A DNA stretch of 12,887 nt from NCBI GenBank assembly GCA_900543105.1, contig UQQA01000072.1:1-12887 (forward strand). Direction: 5' to 3'. The position numbers were made by a program, and so were the translations under genes. Numbering within the stretch: position 1 is the first letter of the stretch; every line of letters starts with the position of its first letter. This stretch comes from an uncultured Ruminococcus sp. GTDB taxonomy: Bacteria > Bacillota > Clostridia > Oscillospirales > Ruminococcaceae. Below the pieces are notes generated by a model. The model saw only the letters and a list, made by a program, of their open reading frames with translations, did not search any database and had not been told where the DNA came from. This document shows, in pieces, positions 1-8,932 of this stretch.

Positions 1-22
1 ATACCACTTCTGATACAAAAAA

Positions 23-45
23 GCCACCCTTTCGGGTGACTTTTT
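23..45. terminator. Short GC hairpin (gccaccc/gggtgac, one mismatch, 4-nt loop) flanked by an A-run on the left and a T-run on the right. Candidate bidirectional rho-independent terminator for a gene upstream of the window.
   Basis: Seen in sequence. Stem 23-29/34-40, ttttt at 41-45, aaaaaa at 17-22. Confidence 0.4.
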
Positions 46-56
46 CGACAGGCTGC

Positions 57-88
57 AGCGTCGGGCAGAAATGTCCGACGCTTTTTTA
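57..88 (+). terminator. Rho-independent terminator: perfect 8-bp stem agcgtcgg/ccgacgct, 10-nt loop, then tttttt.
   Basis: Seen in sequence. Stem 57-64/75-82, T-run 82-87. Confidence 0.55.
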
Positions 89-168
89 TATATAATTGTA
101 TCGGAAGCAAATTTTGTCGCAGAAAATAAAATTTTTGGCTGTAAAATTATTTACTTTTCGACAAAATA

Positions 169-177
169 TGGTATAAT
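169..177 (+). promoter_or_regulatory. Candidate extended -10 promoter element (TGgTATAAT) for the flotillin-like gene. No good -35 hexamer.
   Basis: tg at 169-170 and tataat at 172-177. It lies ~50 nt upstream of the RBS AGGAAG (214-219) and ATG 227. Confidence 0.35.
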
Positions 178-226
178 TAACTTATAGAAAATTTTCGGAC
201 TATTTTATTTGAAAGGAAGCGAATGT

Positions 227-1782
227 ATGAATTTTCTTTTGAACCACACAGGCGTACTTTTGGGGATAATTATTGCAATCGTTGTGATAATTATTCTGGC
301 TTCGGGTTATGTCAAAGCGCCGCCCGACAAGGCTTACATCATTTCGGGTATCGGCAAGAAAGCAAGGGTTGTTATCGGAAAGGCTTCGGTGAAGATACCG
401 TTTTTAGAGCGTCTTGATAAGCTTGACCTCAGCCTTATGTCTGTTGATGTAAAAACAGCCTCCGCCGTACCGACCGCTGACTATATCAACATTATGGTCG
501 ATGCTGCCGTAAACGTGAAGGTCGCACTTGACCCGGATGGACTCAGCCTTGCACAGCAGAACTTCCTTAACAAGGATAAGGTTTATATCGTTGGTGTTGC
601 AAGAGAAGTTCTCGAGGGTAATATGCGTGAGATCGTCGGAACTATGGAGCTTCGTGATATGGTTTCCAACCGTCAGAAGTTTGCCGACAAGGTTAAGGAA
701 AACGCTGCGCCCGATCTTGCGAAAATGGGTCTTGACGTTGTTTCGTTCAATGTTCAGAACTTCACCGACTCGCAGGGAGTTATCGACAACCTCGGTATCG
801 ATAATATTTCCAAGATACAAAAGGACGCTTCGATCGCCCGTGCGGTCGCTGACAGAGATGTAGCTGTTGCGAGAGCAAACGCTGAAAAAGAAGCCAACGA
901 TGCAAAGGTCGCTGCAAATCTTGAGATCGCAACAAAGCAGAATGACCTTGCCATCAAGCAGGCGGAACTCAAAAAAGCTTCCGATATCAAGAAAGCCGAA
1001 GCCGATGCAGCTTATACTATCCAGCAGGAGGAACAGCGTAAGCAGATCGAAATTACGACCGCTAATGCTAATATCGCCCGTCAGGAAAAGGAAGTTGAGC
1101 TTGAAACGCAGAAGATCGCTATTCAGGAACGCCGTCTTGATGCAGAGGTAAGAAAGAGGCAGAAGCTAAGAAGTATGAGGATGTTCAGAACGCCGAAGCC
1201 GAGCTTGCAGTCAAGCAGAAAGAAGCCGAAGCTATGTATTACCTCGCCGAGCAGTCTGCAAAGGCTACAAAAGCACAGGCTGACGCTTCGAGATATTCCG
1301 CAGAGCAGTCTGCCGAGGGTATCAGAGCCAAAGGTTACGCCGAAGCTGAGGCTGTCAGAGCAAAGGCACTCGCCGAAGCAGAGGGTCTTGACAAGAAAGC
1401 CGAAGCTATGCAGAAAATGCAGGAAGCTGCTATCCTGCAGATGTATTTTGAGAAGCTCCCCGACATTGCAAAAGATGTTGCAGAGCCTCTTGCAAATATC
1501 GATTCCATCACAATGTACGGCGAGGGAAATACCTCAAAGCTTGTGAGCGACATTACAGCATCGACAAATCAAATATCGAACGGCTTGCTTGATGGAATGG
1601 GCATTTCACTCAAAGACCTTATGAACAGTCTGCTTGCGGGCAGAGCTATCGGCGCAGGTATTGGCGCATCTATGCCGCCTGTTCAGACAGCAGGTACTGT
1701 TGATGAACCTGACAAGGTCAAAAGCGAACCTGCAAAAGAGATTCCGAAAGAACCCGTAACTACGGCAAATTCGGCTGAATAA
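227..1782 (+). pseudogene. floT: Flotillin-like SPFH/band-7 membrane protein (FloT/YuaG family), interrupted by an apparent 1-nt frameshift at about 1154-1159. The N-terminal part is ORF 209..1546 (true ATG at 227). The C-terminal part continues in ORF 1234..1782.
   Basis: N-terminus has a hydrophobic hairpin (GVLLGIIIAIVVIIILASG) followed by an SPFH core (YIISGIGKKARVVIGKASVKIPFLERLDKLDL...). A/E/K-rich coiled-coil repeats follow. In the -1 frame the protein continues as EAEAKKYEDVQNAEAELAVKQKEAEAMYYLAEQ...RAKGYAEAEAVRAKALAEAEG, the typical flotillin C-terminus. The first frame decays into low-complexity K/R/S/P read-through after 1157. RBS AGGAAG at 214-219, 7 nt before ATG 227. Stop TAA at 1780-1782. 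Confidence 0.75.
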
Positions 1783-1794
1783 CTACATAAAAAA

Positions 1795-1838
1795 CGCTCC
1801 GCAATTCGCATAGAAGTGAATTGCGGAGCGGCTTTGTT
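1795..1838. terminator. Bidirectional rho-independent terminator shared by the convergent flotillin (+) and CheW-CZB (-) genes. Perfect 13-bp stem cgctccgcaattc/gaattgcggagcg, 10-nt loop.
   Basis: Stem 1795-1807/1818-1830. aaaaaa precedes it at 1789-1794 (a T-run on the minus strand). gctttgttattt follows on the plus strand. Confidence 0.7.
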
Positions 1839-2688
1839 ATTTGGTTGATTCACTCGGAATATCGTGTTCGGACTTTGCGATTATTTTTTTGTCATCAATT
1901 ACAAGAATATCATCATTAACACGATTGTTTCGGGCAACACCAGTGAAAAAAGGTGATGCGAATATTCTGTCCATATTTTTTCTGCCGCTTACCGGGGTAA
2001 TCCTGTCAACAGCGAGAACCTTGTCCACAACTATAGCGACATTTCCTGCCGCAGAGTTGAATGTGACCATAGTTTCACGGAAAAACGTCTTGTAACGGCG
2101 CTTTGATTCGTCAATGATGTTGACTATTTCGGGGACATATTCGTCAAAGACCATATTCATAAGCTCCGTGAGCTTGCGGGTCTTGTCGGGTGAATCGGGA
2201 CGCTTGCGTATCTCTGCGATCTTTTCGGCGGTGTGATGAAGCTCCTCGTGCGGCTTCTCGATCTTGTGGAGGGAAAAGTCGGCATTGTGAGGGTTTTTCT
2301 TGAATTTGTCGTACCATTTGCCGAATTCGCATTTGTGAGGGTCGGTTGTGAGCGTAAAATCGATATCAGCTTCAACGCAGTGTTTTAACTCATTCGCCCA
2401 GTTGAGATGATCCTGCTCGCGAGCCTCAAGCATAGCCGTGAAATCAGCACATTCCTTTTCAAGCGACTGATAGCCAAATAAGCTTCTCATATCGATAACA
2501 GGGTAGACTTCACCGCGAATGTCAACGATGCCACGGTATTCAGCCGGCGCATCGGGAACAGGTGTTAAATTATCGGGCGGAACAAGTATTCCCGTAACAA
2601 ATTCTGTGTTGATAGCGTATGTAAAACCATTGAGTGAAAAAATCAACCAGGGAAGGTCGTTGCTGAGAATTCCGTTATTGTCTTCCAT
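1837..2688 (-). CDS. CheW-like chemotaxis coupling protein whose CheW fold is split by an inserted CZB (chemoreceptor zinc-binding) domain. 283 aa.
   Basis: Residues ~12-72 (WLIFSLNGFTYAINTEFVTGILVPPDNLTPVPDAPAEYRGIVDIRGEVYPVIDMRSLFG) match CheW subdomain 1. Residues ~205-270 (VAIVVDKVLAVDRITPVSG...IFASPFFTGVARNNRVNDDILVIDDKKII) match CheW subdomain 2. The ~125 aa in between carry the CZB signature: H94-x2-W97, C120-EFGKW, H147-EEL-H151. Spacings are H-to-C 26, C-to-H 27 and HxxxH, matching the 3His/1Cys zinc site known from DgcZ and TlpD. RBS GGAGG (plus-strand 2697-2701) sits 8 nt from ATG (2686-2688). Stop TAA at 1837-1839. Confidence 0.8.
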   Translation of the reverse strand: MEDNNGILSNDLPWLIFSLNGFTYAINTEFVTGILVPPDNLTPVPDAPAEYRGIVDIRGEVYPVIDMRSLFGYQSLEKECADFTAMLEAREQDHLNWANELKHCVEADIDFTLTTDPHKCEFGKWYDKFKKNPHNADFSLHKIEKPHEELHHTAEKIAEIRKRPDSPDKTRKLTELMNMVFDEYVPEIVNIIDESKRRYKTFFRETMVTFNSAAGNVAIVVDKVLAVDRITPVSGRKNMDRIFASPFFTGVARNNRVNDDILVIDDKKIIAKSEHDIPSESTK

Positions 2689-2721
2689 TTCAGATTCCTC
2701 CGTAAAGATAATACTATATTT

Positions 2722-2750
2722 ATTATAGCAAAAAAAGTTGCAGTTTGCAA
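2722..2750 (-). promoter_or_regulatory. Sigma-A-type promoter for the CheW-CZB gene: TTGCAA-17-TATAAT with an upstream TGc extended -10.
   Basis: Minus strand reads ttgcaa actgcaactttttttgc tataat. Plus-strand coordinates: -35 at 2745-2750, -10 at 2722-2727. About 30 nt upstream of the start codon. Confidence 0.55.
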
Positions 2751-2820
2751 ATACTTTTTGGATAATTCACAATATATTAACATAATAGGCATCTAAAATA
2801 TGTAAAATAAATCTTTACGA

Positions 2821-2849
2821 TTGACTTTTGTAGAAAAATGGTGTAAAAT
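2821..2849 (+). promoter_or_regulatory. Upstream sigma-A-type promoter P1 of the rpsF operon: TTGACT-17-TAAAAT.
   Basis: ttgact 2821-2826, 17-nt spacer, taaaat 2844-2849. Confidence 0.45.
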
Positions 2850-2913
2850 ATAATATAGTGTTATTCAGTAAGGGCGAAATTAAAAGTTTTTTAGGAAATT
2901 TCTGAAAAAAAGC

Positions 2914-2942
2914 TTGACAAGCCTGCCTGAATCTGATATAAT
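2914..2942 (+). promoter_or_regulatory. Perfect-consensus sigma-A promoter P2 of the rpsF-ssb-rpsR operon: TTGACA-17-TATAAT.
   Basis: ttgaca 2914-2919, 17-nt spacer, tataat 2937-2942. A ~60-nt leader follows, ending in RBS AGGAGG at 2992-2997. Confidence 0.65.
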
Positions 2943-3007
2943 ACTAATGTTATCCTTGCTCATACTAATTTAATGTGTGAGTAAATCCAAGAGGAGGTGT
3001 ATTTATA

Positions 3008-3298
3008 ATGGCAAAGTTAAACGAATCTTACGAGGCCATGGTAATCTACAGCTTGACAAACGGTGAGGACGCTGCTAAGGCTCTTATCGAAAAGTTCAAG
3101 GGTATGATCGAAGCTAACGGCACACTCGAAAGCGTTGACGAGTGGGGCAAGAAGAAGCTTGCTTACGAGATCGACGACCAGGCAGAGGGCTACTATGTTC
3201 TCTACACATTCAATGCAAAGCCTGAGTTCCCCGCAGAATTCGAGCGTGTACTCAAGATCACAGACGGCGTTATGCGTTGCCTCGTTACTGTAAAGTAA
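3008..3298 (+). CDS. rpsF: 30S ribosomal protein S6.
   Basis: 96 aa. KKKLAYEIDDQAEGYYVLYTFNA and overall length are typical of S6. RBS AGGAGG sits 10 nt upstream. First gene of the conserved rpsF-ssb-rpsR order. Confidence 0.92.
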   Translation: MAKLNESYEAMVIYSLTNGEDAAKALIEKFKGMIEANGTLESVDEWGKKKLAYEIDDQAEGYYVLYTFNAKPEFPAEFERVLKITDGVMRCLVTVK

Positions 3299-3322
3299 TG
3301 ATTGACAGGGAGGTTGATTATA

Positions 3323-3847
3323 TTGCTTAATTCTTGTGCGATCAATAAGGTCATTCTTATGGGTAGACTTACTCAGAACCCTGAGTTAAGACAAGCTCCG
3401 AGTGGCGCAAGCACTTGTCGTTTTACAGTTGCTGTAGACAGAGGAATGAACAGTTCTACAAATGAACGTCAGACCGATTTTATTACAGTAAATGCATGGG
3501 ACAAGAATGCTGAATTTGCCAGCCGTTACCTTACAAAGGGACGTTTGGTGCTTGTTGAGGGAAATCTCAGAACAGGTTCTTATGATGACCGTAATCACCC
3601 TGATGTAAAGCATTATACTTGCGAAGTAGTTGCTGAAAGAATCTCTTTTGGCGAAACGAAATCTTCACAGGATCATAGTGCCGGCGGATATGCTCCACAG
3701 CAGTTTTCTCAGCCGCAGTACAGCCAGCCTCAGTATAGTCAGCAGCCTGCACAGCCACAGCAGCCACAGAATAACCAGCAGGGTTTCTCTGTAGGCGACC
3801 TTAGTGATTTTGAAGAAGTGATTGGAAACAATGAATTGCCTTTCTGA
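3323..3847 (+). CDS. ssb: Single-stranded DNA-binding protein (SSB). N-terminal OB fold, Q/P-rich disordered linker, C-terminal acidic tip DFEEVIGNNELPF. Start assigned to TTG 3323; the 5' end is uncertain (the ORF track extends to 3302).
   Basis: INKVILMGRLTQNPELRQ...FITVNAWDKNAEFASRYLTKGRLVLVEGNLRTGSYDD aligns with bacterial SSB OB folds. The C-terminal ...ELPF tail is the conserved protein-interaction tip. RBS GGGAGG at 3308-3313 is 9 nt before TTG 3323. There is no ATG ahead of the conserved N-terminus. Stop TGA at 3845-3847. Confidence 0.88.
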   Translation: MLNSCAINKVILMGRLTQNPELRQAPSGASTCRFTVAVDRGMNSSTNERQTDFITVNAWDKNAEFASRYLTKGRLVLVEGNLRTGSYDDRNHPDVKHYTCEVVAERISFGETKSSQDHSAGGYAPQQFSQPQYSQPQYSQQPAQPQQPQNNQQGFSVGDLSDFEEVIGNNELPF

Positions 3848-3893
3848 TCGCATCACTAATTTTTGATCATATTTTAAACAGGAGGTTATTATC

Positions 3894-4145
3894 ATGGAGA
3901 AAGATAGAGAGAGATCTCCTCGCGGCGGCATGAAGAGAACCCGTAAAAAGGTTTGTATGTTCTGCGCTGACAGAGTAGAGAAGATCGATTATAAAGATAT
4001 TCAGAGACTTAAGAAGTGCATGACTGAAAGATCCAAGATCCTTCCCAGACGTGTAACTGGTACTTGCGCTTATCACCAGAGAGAACTTACAAAGGCTATC
4101 AAGAGAGCAAGATACATTGCACTCGTTCCTTATGTTTCTGACTAA
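3894..4145 (+). CDS. rpsR: 30S ribosomal protein S18.
   Basis: 83 aa. [63 protein letters not shown] is canonical S18. RBS AGGAGG at 3880-3885, 8 nt before the ATG. Confidence 0.93.
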   Translation: MEKDRERSPRGGMKRTRKKVCMFCADRVEKIDYKDIQRLKKCMTERSKILPRRVTGTCAYHQRELTKAIKRARYIALVPYVSD

Positions 4146-4164
4146 TTTATGTTAAAAACAACAG

Positions 4165-4199
4165 ATCCACTTCCGATTTTTTCGGAGGTGGATTTTTTG
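4165..4199 (+). terminator. Rho-independent terminator of the rpsF-ssb-rpsR operon: 11-bp stem (one G-U), 7-nt loop, tttttt.
   Basis: atccacttccg 4165-4175 pairs with cggaggtggat 4183-4193. T-run at 4194-4199. Confidence 0.75.
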
Positions 4200-4242
4200 C
4201 TTTCAAAACATACAACAGGGGAGTGGCGTGTATCAATATTGA

Positions 4243-4360
4243 ACGTATAATACTAAACACCAATAAAATACAGGAAAAAATCTGCGCCGAAATCCTATAT
4301 ATTCGAGATTGTCGGCTTGATTTTTCCCAAATTTTAAATGGTGTTTAGTATAAAACGTAT
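4243..4360. repeat. Long-range imperfect inverted repeat (~19-bp arms with a 12-bp perfect core tactaaacacc/ggtgtttagta) enclosing ~78 bp, in the gap between two convergent terminators.
   Basis: Left arm acgtataatactaaacacc at 4243-4261. Right arm ggtgtttagtataaaacgt(at) at 4340-4360; its reverse complement matches the left arm 17/19. A smaller internal hairpin lies at 4279-4290/4311-4322. Confidence 0.5.
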
Positions 4361-4362
4361 AG

Positions 4363-4401
4363 ACATATAAAAAGGCTGTACAGCGCTAAACTGTACAGCC
4401 T
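4363..4401 (-). terminator. Rho-independent terminator of groESL: perfect 11-bp stem aggctgtacag/ctgtacagcct, 7-nt loop, with a T-run on the minus strand.
   Basis: Stem 4373-4383/4391-4401. Plus-strand acatataaaa at 4363-4372 becomes uuuuauaugu after the hairpin on the minus strand. Confidence 0.7.
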
Positions 4402-4435
4402 TTAAAATTACGAATCACGCATTAAGCATTACGCA

Positions 4436-6088
<1,653 letters not shown>

Positions 6089-6098
6089 TCAGGTGAAA

Positions 6099-6383
<285 letters not shown>

Positions 6384-6434
6384 TTAAGACTCCTCCTTAT
6401 ATTATATAGTATTAGCAATGTTATCATCACTCTG

Positions 6435-6461
6435 TTAGCACTCTTACTTCCTGAGTGCTAA
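6435..6461. promoter_or_regulatory. CIRCE element (HrcA operator), a perfect match to the consensus TTAGCACTC-N9-GAGTGCTAA.
   Basis: ttagcactc 6435-6443, ttacttcct, gagtgctaa 6453-6461. It sits between the groES promoter and its RBS, the textbook position. Confidence 0.92.
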
Positions 6462-6465
6462 ATAT

Positions 6466-6493
6466 ATTTTACCATATTCATATAGAAAATCAA
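6466..6493 (-). promoter_or_regulatory. Sigma-A-type promoter of groESL: TTGATT-16-TAAAAT with a TGg extended -10, directly upstream of CIRCE.
   Basis: Minus strand reads ttgatt ttctatatgaatatgg taaaat. Plus-strand coordinates: -35 at 6488-6493, -10 at 6466-6471. Confidence 0.55.
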
Positions 6494-6658
6494 GAGCTTT
6501 CACATATTTTTCTCAAAACTTTAGCAATATGCACAATTAATTCTATAAATATGCTCTTTAAATATAAAATATGTCAAAAATTTGAGTCGCTTTACGGTTA
6601 AGCTTCGTTAATACTCAATATAATGTCTGATTTTTGACAGATAATACTATTATAGAAT

Positions 6659-6694
6659 AAAAACTGCCGCCCGAGCTAAAACCCGAGCAGCAGT
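6659..6694 (-). terminator. Probable rho-independent terminator of pgk: ~12-bp stem with three G-U pairs, followed by UUUUUAUU on the minus strand.
   Basis: Minus-strand RNA cugcugcucggg-uuuua-gcucgggcggcag followed by uuuuuauu. The plus-strand A-run is at 6658-6663. Confidence 0.45.
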
Positions 6695-6721
6695 CCTTAT
6701 AAATTCATGTTTCAGAAGCAA

Positions 6722-7948
6722 TTACTTCTTGTCAGCGATAACATCAACGCCCGGAAGTACCTTGCCTTCGAGGTATTCGAGGGAAGCACCGCCGCCTGTG
6801 GAGATGTGGCTCATCTTGTCGGAGAAGCCGAGCTGGATTACAGCTGCAGCAGAGTCACCGCCGCCGATGATCGTTGTAGCGTCTGTATCAGCGAGAGCCT
6901 GAGCAACAGCGATAGTACCTGCTGCGAGTGTTGGGTTCTCGAATACGCCCATAGGTCCGTTCCAAACAACTGTCTTAGCTGTCTTTACAGCGTCAGCGAA
7001 GAGAGCTCTTGTCTTTTCACCGATATCAAGACCTTCCTTGTCAGCAGGGATCTTGTCGGAATCAACAGTCTGAACTTCGATAGGAGCATCGATAGGATCA
7101 GGGAAACCTGCAGCAACAACTGTGTCGATAGGAAGAAGAAGCTTCTTGCCGTTCTTTTCAGCCTTAGCCATCATTTCCTTGCAGTATTCGATCTTTTCAT
7201 CGTCAACGAGGGAAAGACCAACTTCGTAGCCCTTAGCCTTAAGGAATGTGTAAGCCATACCGCCGCCGATGATGAGTGTGTCACACTTTTCGAGGAGGTT
7301 GGAGATAACGTTGAGCTTGTCAGCAACCTTAGCACCGCCGAGGATAGCAACGAAAGGACGAACAGGGTTCTCAACTGCATTTCCGAGATACTGGATCTCC
7401 TTCTGCATGAGGTAGCCTACTGCTGTTTCCTTTACGAACTTTGTAACGCCTGCTGTGGAAGCGTGTGCACGGTGCGCAGAACCGAAAGCGTCCATAACGA
7501 ATACCTGATCGTCAACGAGATCAGCGAGTTCCTTGGAGAGGTTTTCACCGTTCTTTGTTTCATCAGCGCCTCTGAATCTTGTGTTCTGGAGAACAACGAT
7601 GTCGCCGTCAGCCATTTCAGCAACAGCCTTCTTAGCGTTCTCACCAACTACTGTATCGTCAGCAGCGAAAGTAACCTTAGTGCCTGGGAGGAGTTCTGCA
7701 AGTCTGTCTGCAGCGGGCTTGAGGGAGAACTTTTCCTCAGGGCCGTTCTTAGGCTTGCCGAGGTGAGAGCAAAGTACAACCTTGCCGCCGTCAGCTACGA
7801 GCTTCTTGATTGTAGGAAGTGCAGCTGTGATTCTGTTATCATTAGTGATCTTGCCGTCCTTGAGAGGAACGTTGAAGTCAACTCTTACGAGTACCTTCTT
7901 ACCCTTTACGTTAATGTCGTCAACCGAAACTTTGTTTAATCCTGCCAT
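6722..7948 (-). CDS. pgk: Phosphoglycerate kinase.
   Basis: 408 aa. [40 protein letters not shown]...[17 protein letters not shown]...[17 protein letters not shown] are hallmark PGK motifs. Confidence 0.96.
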   Translation of the reverse strand: MAGLNKVSVDDINVKGKKVLVRVDFNVPLKDGKITNDNRITAALPTIKKLVADGGKVVLCSHLGKPKNGPEEKFSLKPAADRLAELLPGTKVTFAADDTVVGENAKKAVAEMADGDIVVLQNTRFRGADETKNGENLSKELADLVDDQVFVMDAFGSAHRAHASTAGVTKFVKETAVGYLMQKEIQYLGNAVENPVRPFVAILGGAKVADKLNVISNLLEKCDTLIIGGGMAYTFLKAKGYEVGLSLVDDEKIEYCKEMMAKAEKNGKKLLLPIDTVVAAGFPDPIDAPIEVQTVDSDKIPADKEGLDIGEKTRALFADAVKTAKTVVWNGPMGVFENPTLAAGTIAVAQALADTDATTIIGGGDSAAAVIQLGFSDKMSHISTGGGASLEYLEGKVLPGVDVIADKK

Positions 7949-8047
7949 TGGTATGACATCCTTTCGTAATAAATTTGATTAGAGCTTAAGACCGAACGCT
8001 GACGTATTAAACCGTTCACGCTCAACAGTCCTAAACTATACAATACT

Positions 8048-8076
8048 ATTTTATATCATTTCGGCAGATTTTTCAA
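8048..8076 (-). promoter_or_regulatory. Candidate sigma-A-type promoter for pgk: TTGAAA-17-TAAAAT.
   Basis: Minus strand reads ttgaaa aatctgccgaaatgata taaaat. Plus-strand coordinates: -35 at 8071-8076, -10 at 8048-8053. Confidence 0.4.
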
Positions 8077-8144
8077 GCCCTTTTGCAAAATTTTTATATA
8101 AACGGCTGATAATTTTATCTGAATTCGGTGTAAACTTCGTAAAA

Positions 8145-8777
8145 TCAAGCTTTGTTAAGCTTTTCACAAAGCTTTTTTATCACCTCGGCGAAGTAAAGCT
8201 TCACTTCGTAGTTCTCGGGATCCTGCATAAGTTCAAGCTCCTCGGTCGATATAACACCGTTTTCGGCAGCGAGCGAAAGAACCTCGTCCGTGTTCGTCAC
8301 CGCAGGCAGACAAAGAGCAGGGAACATCACGCACCACCAGTTTCTGCCATCACCCTCGCCGATGATGACCCTGAGTGCAGAATAATCACCTTCGGGAAGC
8401 TCTGCACTGCCGTAAACGCGCCTGTCAAAATGAACTGTGCCAACTTCGCATCTCACAGGATAATCATAACCCGAAGCAGCGATCTCCGCAGCCGCAGCAG
8501 CTTCAAAAAGCTGAAGATTTTCCTCCGAAAGCTGCTTCGCAGCCGCCGCCGAATCAGCTCCGCCGAAAATATCGGCACTCGCTTCAAGTACAGCGTTCCT
8601 TACACGAAGCTTCAAAGCCTGATCCTCGTCCGAATCCGAGTTTGCGATAACGTGCAGGCGAAAAACGTCCTCGGTTATGCCGTGCCTGCTCTCCGCAAAA
8701 GCGCAGATGCCCTCGCAGAATACCGCCGTGATAAATCCAATAAGTAAAGCCGCCTGAATAATAAATTTTTTGCTCAT
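8145..8777 (-). CDS. spoIIR: Stage II sporulation protein R (SpoIIR), the secreted signalling protein that activates pro-sigma-E processing.
   Basis: 210 aa. N-terminal signal peptide. RLHVIANSDSDEDQALKLRVRNAVL and GDGRNWWCVMFPALC match the conserved SpoIIR motifs. Confidence 0.8.
   Translation of the reverse strand: MSKKFIIQAALLIGFITAVFCEGICAFAESRHGITEDVFRLHVIANSDSDEDQALKLRVRNAVLEASADIFGGADSAAAAKQLSEENLQLFEAAAAAEIAASGYDYPVRCEVGTVHFDRRVYGSAELPEGDYSALRVIIGEGDGRNWWCVMFPALCLPAVTNTDEVLSLAAENGVISTEELELMQDPENYEVKLYFAEVIKKLCEKLNKA
8147..8178 (-). terminator. Hairpin (9-bp perfect stem aagctttgt/acaaagctt, 10-nt loop) overlapping the last codons and the stop of spoIIR. Possible terminator or mRNA-stabilising 3' structure.
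   Basis: Stem 8147-8155/8166-8174. T-run 8175-8178 on the plus strand. The minus-strand downstream tract is only gauuuuac. Confidence 0.3.
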
Positions 8778-8876
8778 GTATAATGACCGTCCTTTTGCAT
8801 ATCATATTTGTTTGAGCATATATTTGACGCAAAATCGCAGTTTTATTCATTTTGGAAAATATTTTTTCAAAAACTC

Positions 8877-8905
8877 TTGACAAATGTATTTTTTTGAGCT
8901 ATAAT
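8877..8905 (+). promoter_or_regulatory. Perfect-consensus sigma-A promoter (TTGACA-17-TATAAT) driving tRNA-Thr.
   Basis: ttgaca 8877-8882, 17-nt spacer, tataat 8900-8905. About 27 nt before the mature tRNA 5' end. Confidence 0.65.
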
Positions 8906-8932
8906 ATATAAGCGTTCTGAAATTGTGAACGT

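Noticed and set aside
209-226. Upstream TTG start (209) for the flotillin ORF, and similar TTG/GTG 5' extensions for groEL (6070), ilvE (11379), TetR (12877) and ssb (3302).
   Set aside because: In each case an in-frame ATG (or a TTG with better spacing) sits 6-10 nt after a clear Shine-Dalgarno sequence, and the conserved N-terminus begins there. The extensions are ORF-finder artefacts.
404-1553. Several 60-140-aa ORFs on both strands inside the flotillin gene (404..820 -, 528..863 +, 754..990 -, 867..1151 +, 1335..1553 -).
   Set aside because: These are alternate-frame or antisense shadows of a gene with strong sequence support. They have repetitive R/K/S-rich composition and no RBS.
3386-4076. 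Minus-strand ORFs (3386..3613, 3567..3767, 3665..3931, 3867..4076) antisense to ssb/rpsR.
   Set aside because: Shadow ORFs inside a universally conserved ribosomal operon.
6707-7939. 410-codon stop-free ORF on the plus strand, exactly antisense to pgk.
   Set aside because: It is Cys/Ser/Val-rich low-complexity sequence with no RBS and no recognisable fold. Long antisense ORFs are a known artefact of codon bias in highly expressed genes. pgk on the minus strand is unambiguous.
8375-8883. Three ORFs (8375..8650 +, 8430..8747 +, 8584..8883 -) overlapping spoIIR.
   Set aside because: Alternate-frame or antisense shadows with proline/arginine-rich low-complexity translations. spoIIR motifs are clear in the called frame.
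8778-8900. Attempted identification of a sigma-F promoter (GYATA-15-GGnnAnAnTA) upstream of spoIIR.
   Set aside because: No acceptable match by eye. It is reported as an open question, not as a feature.
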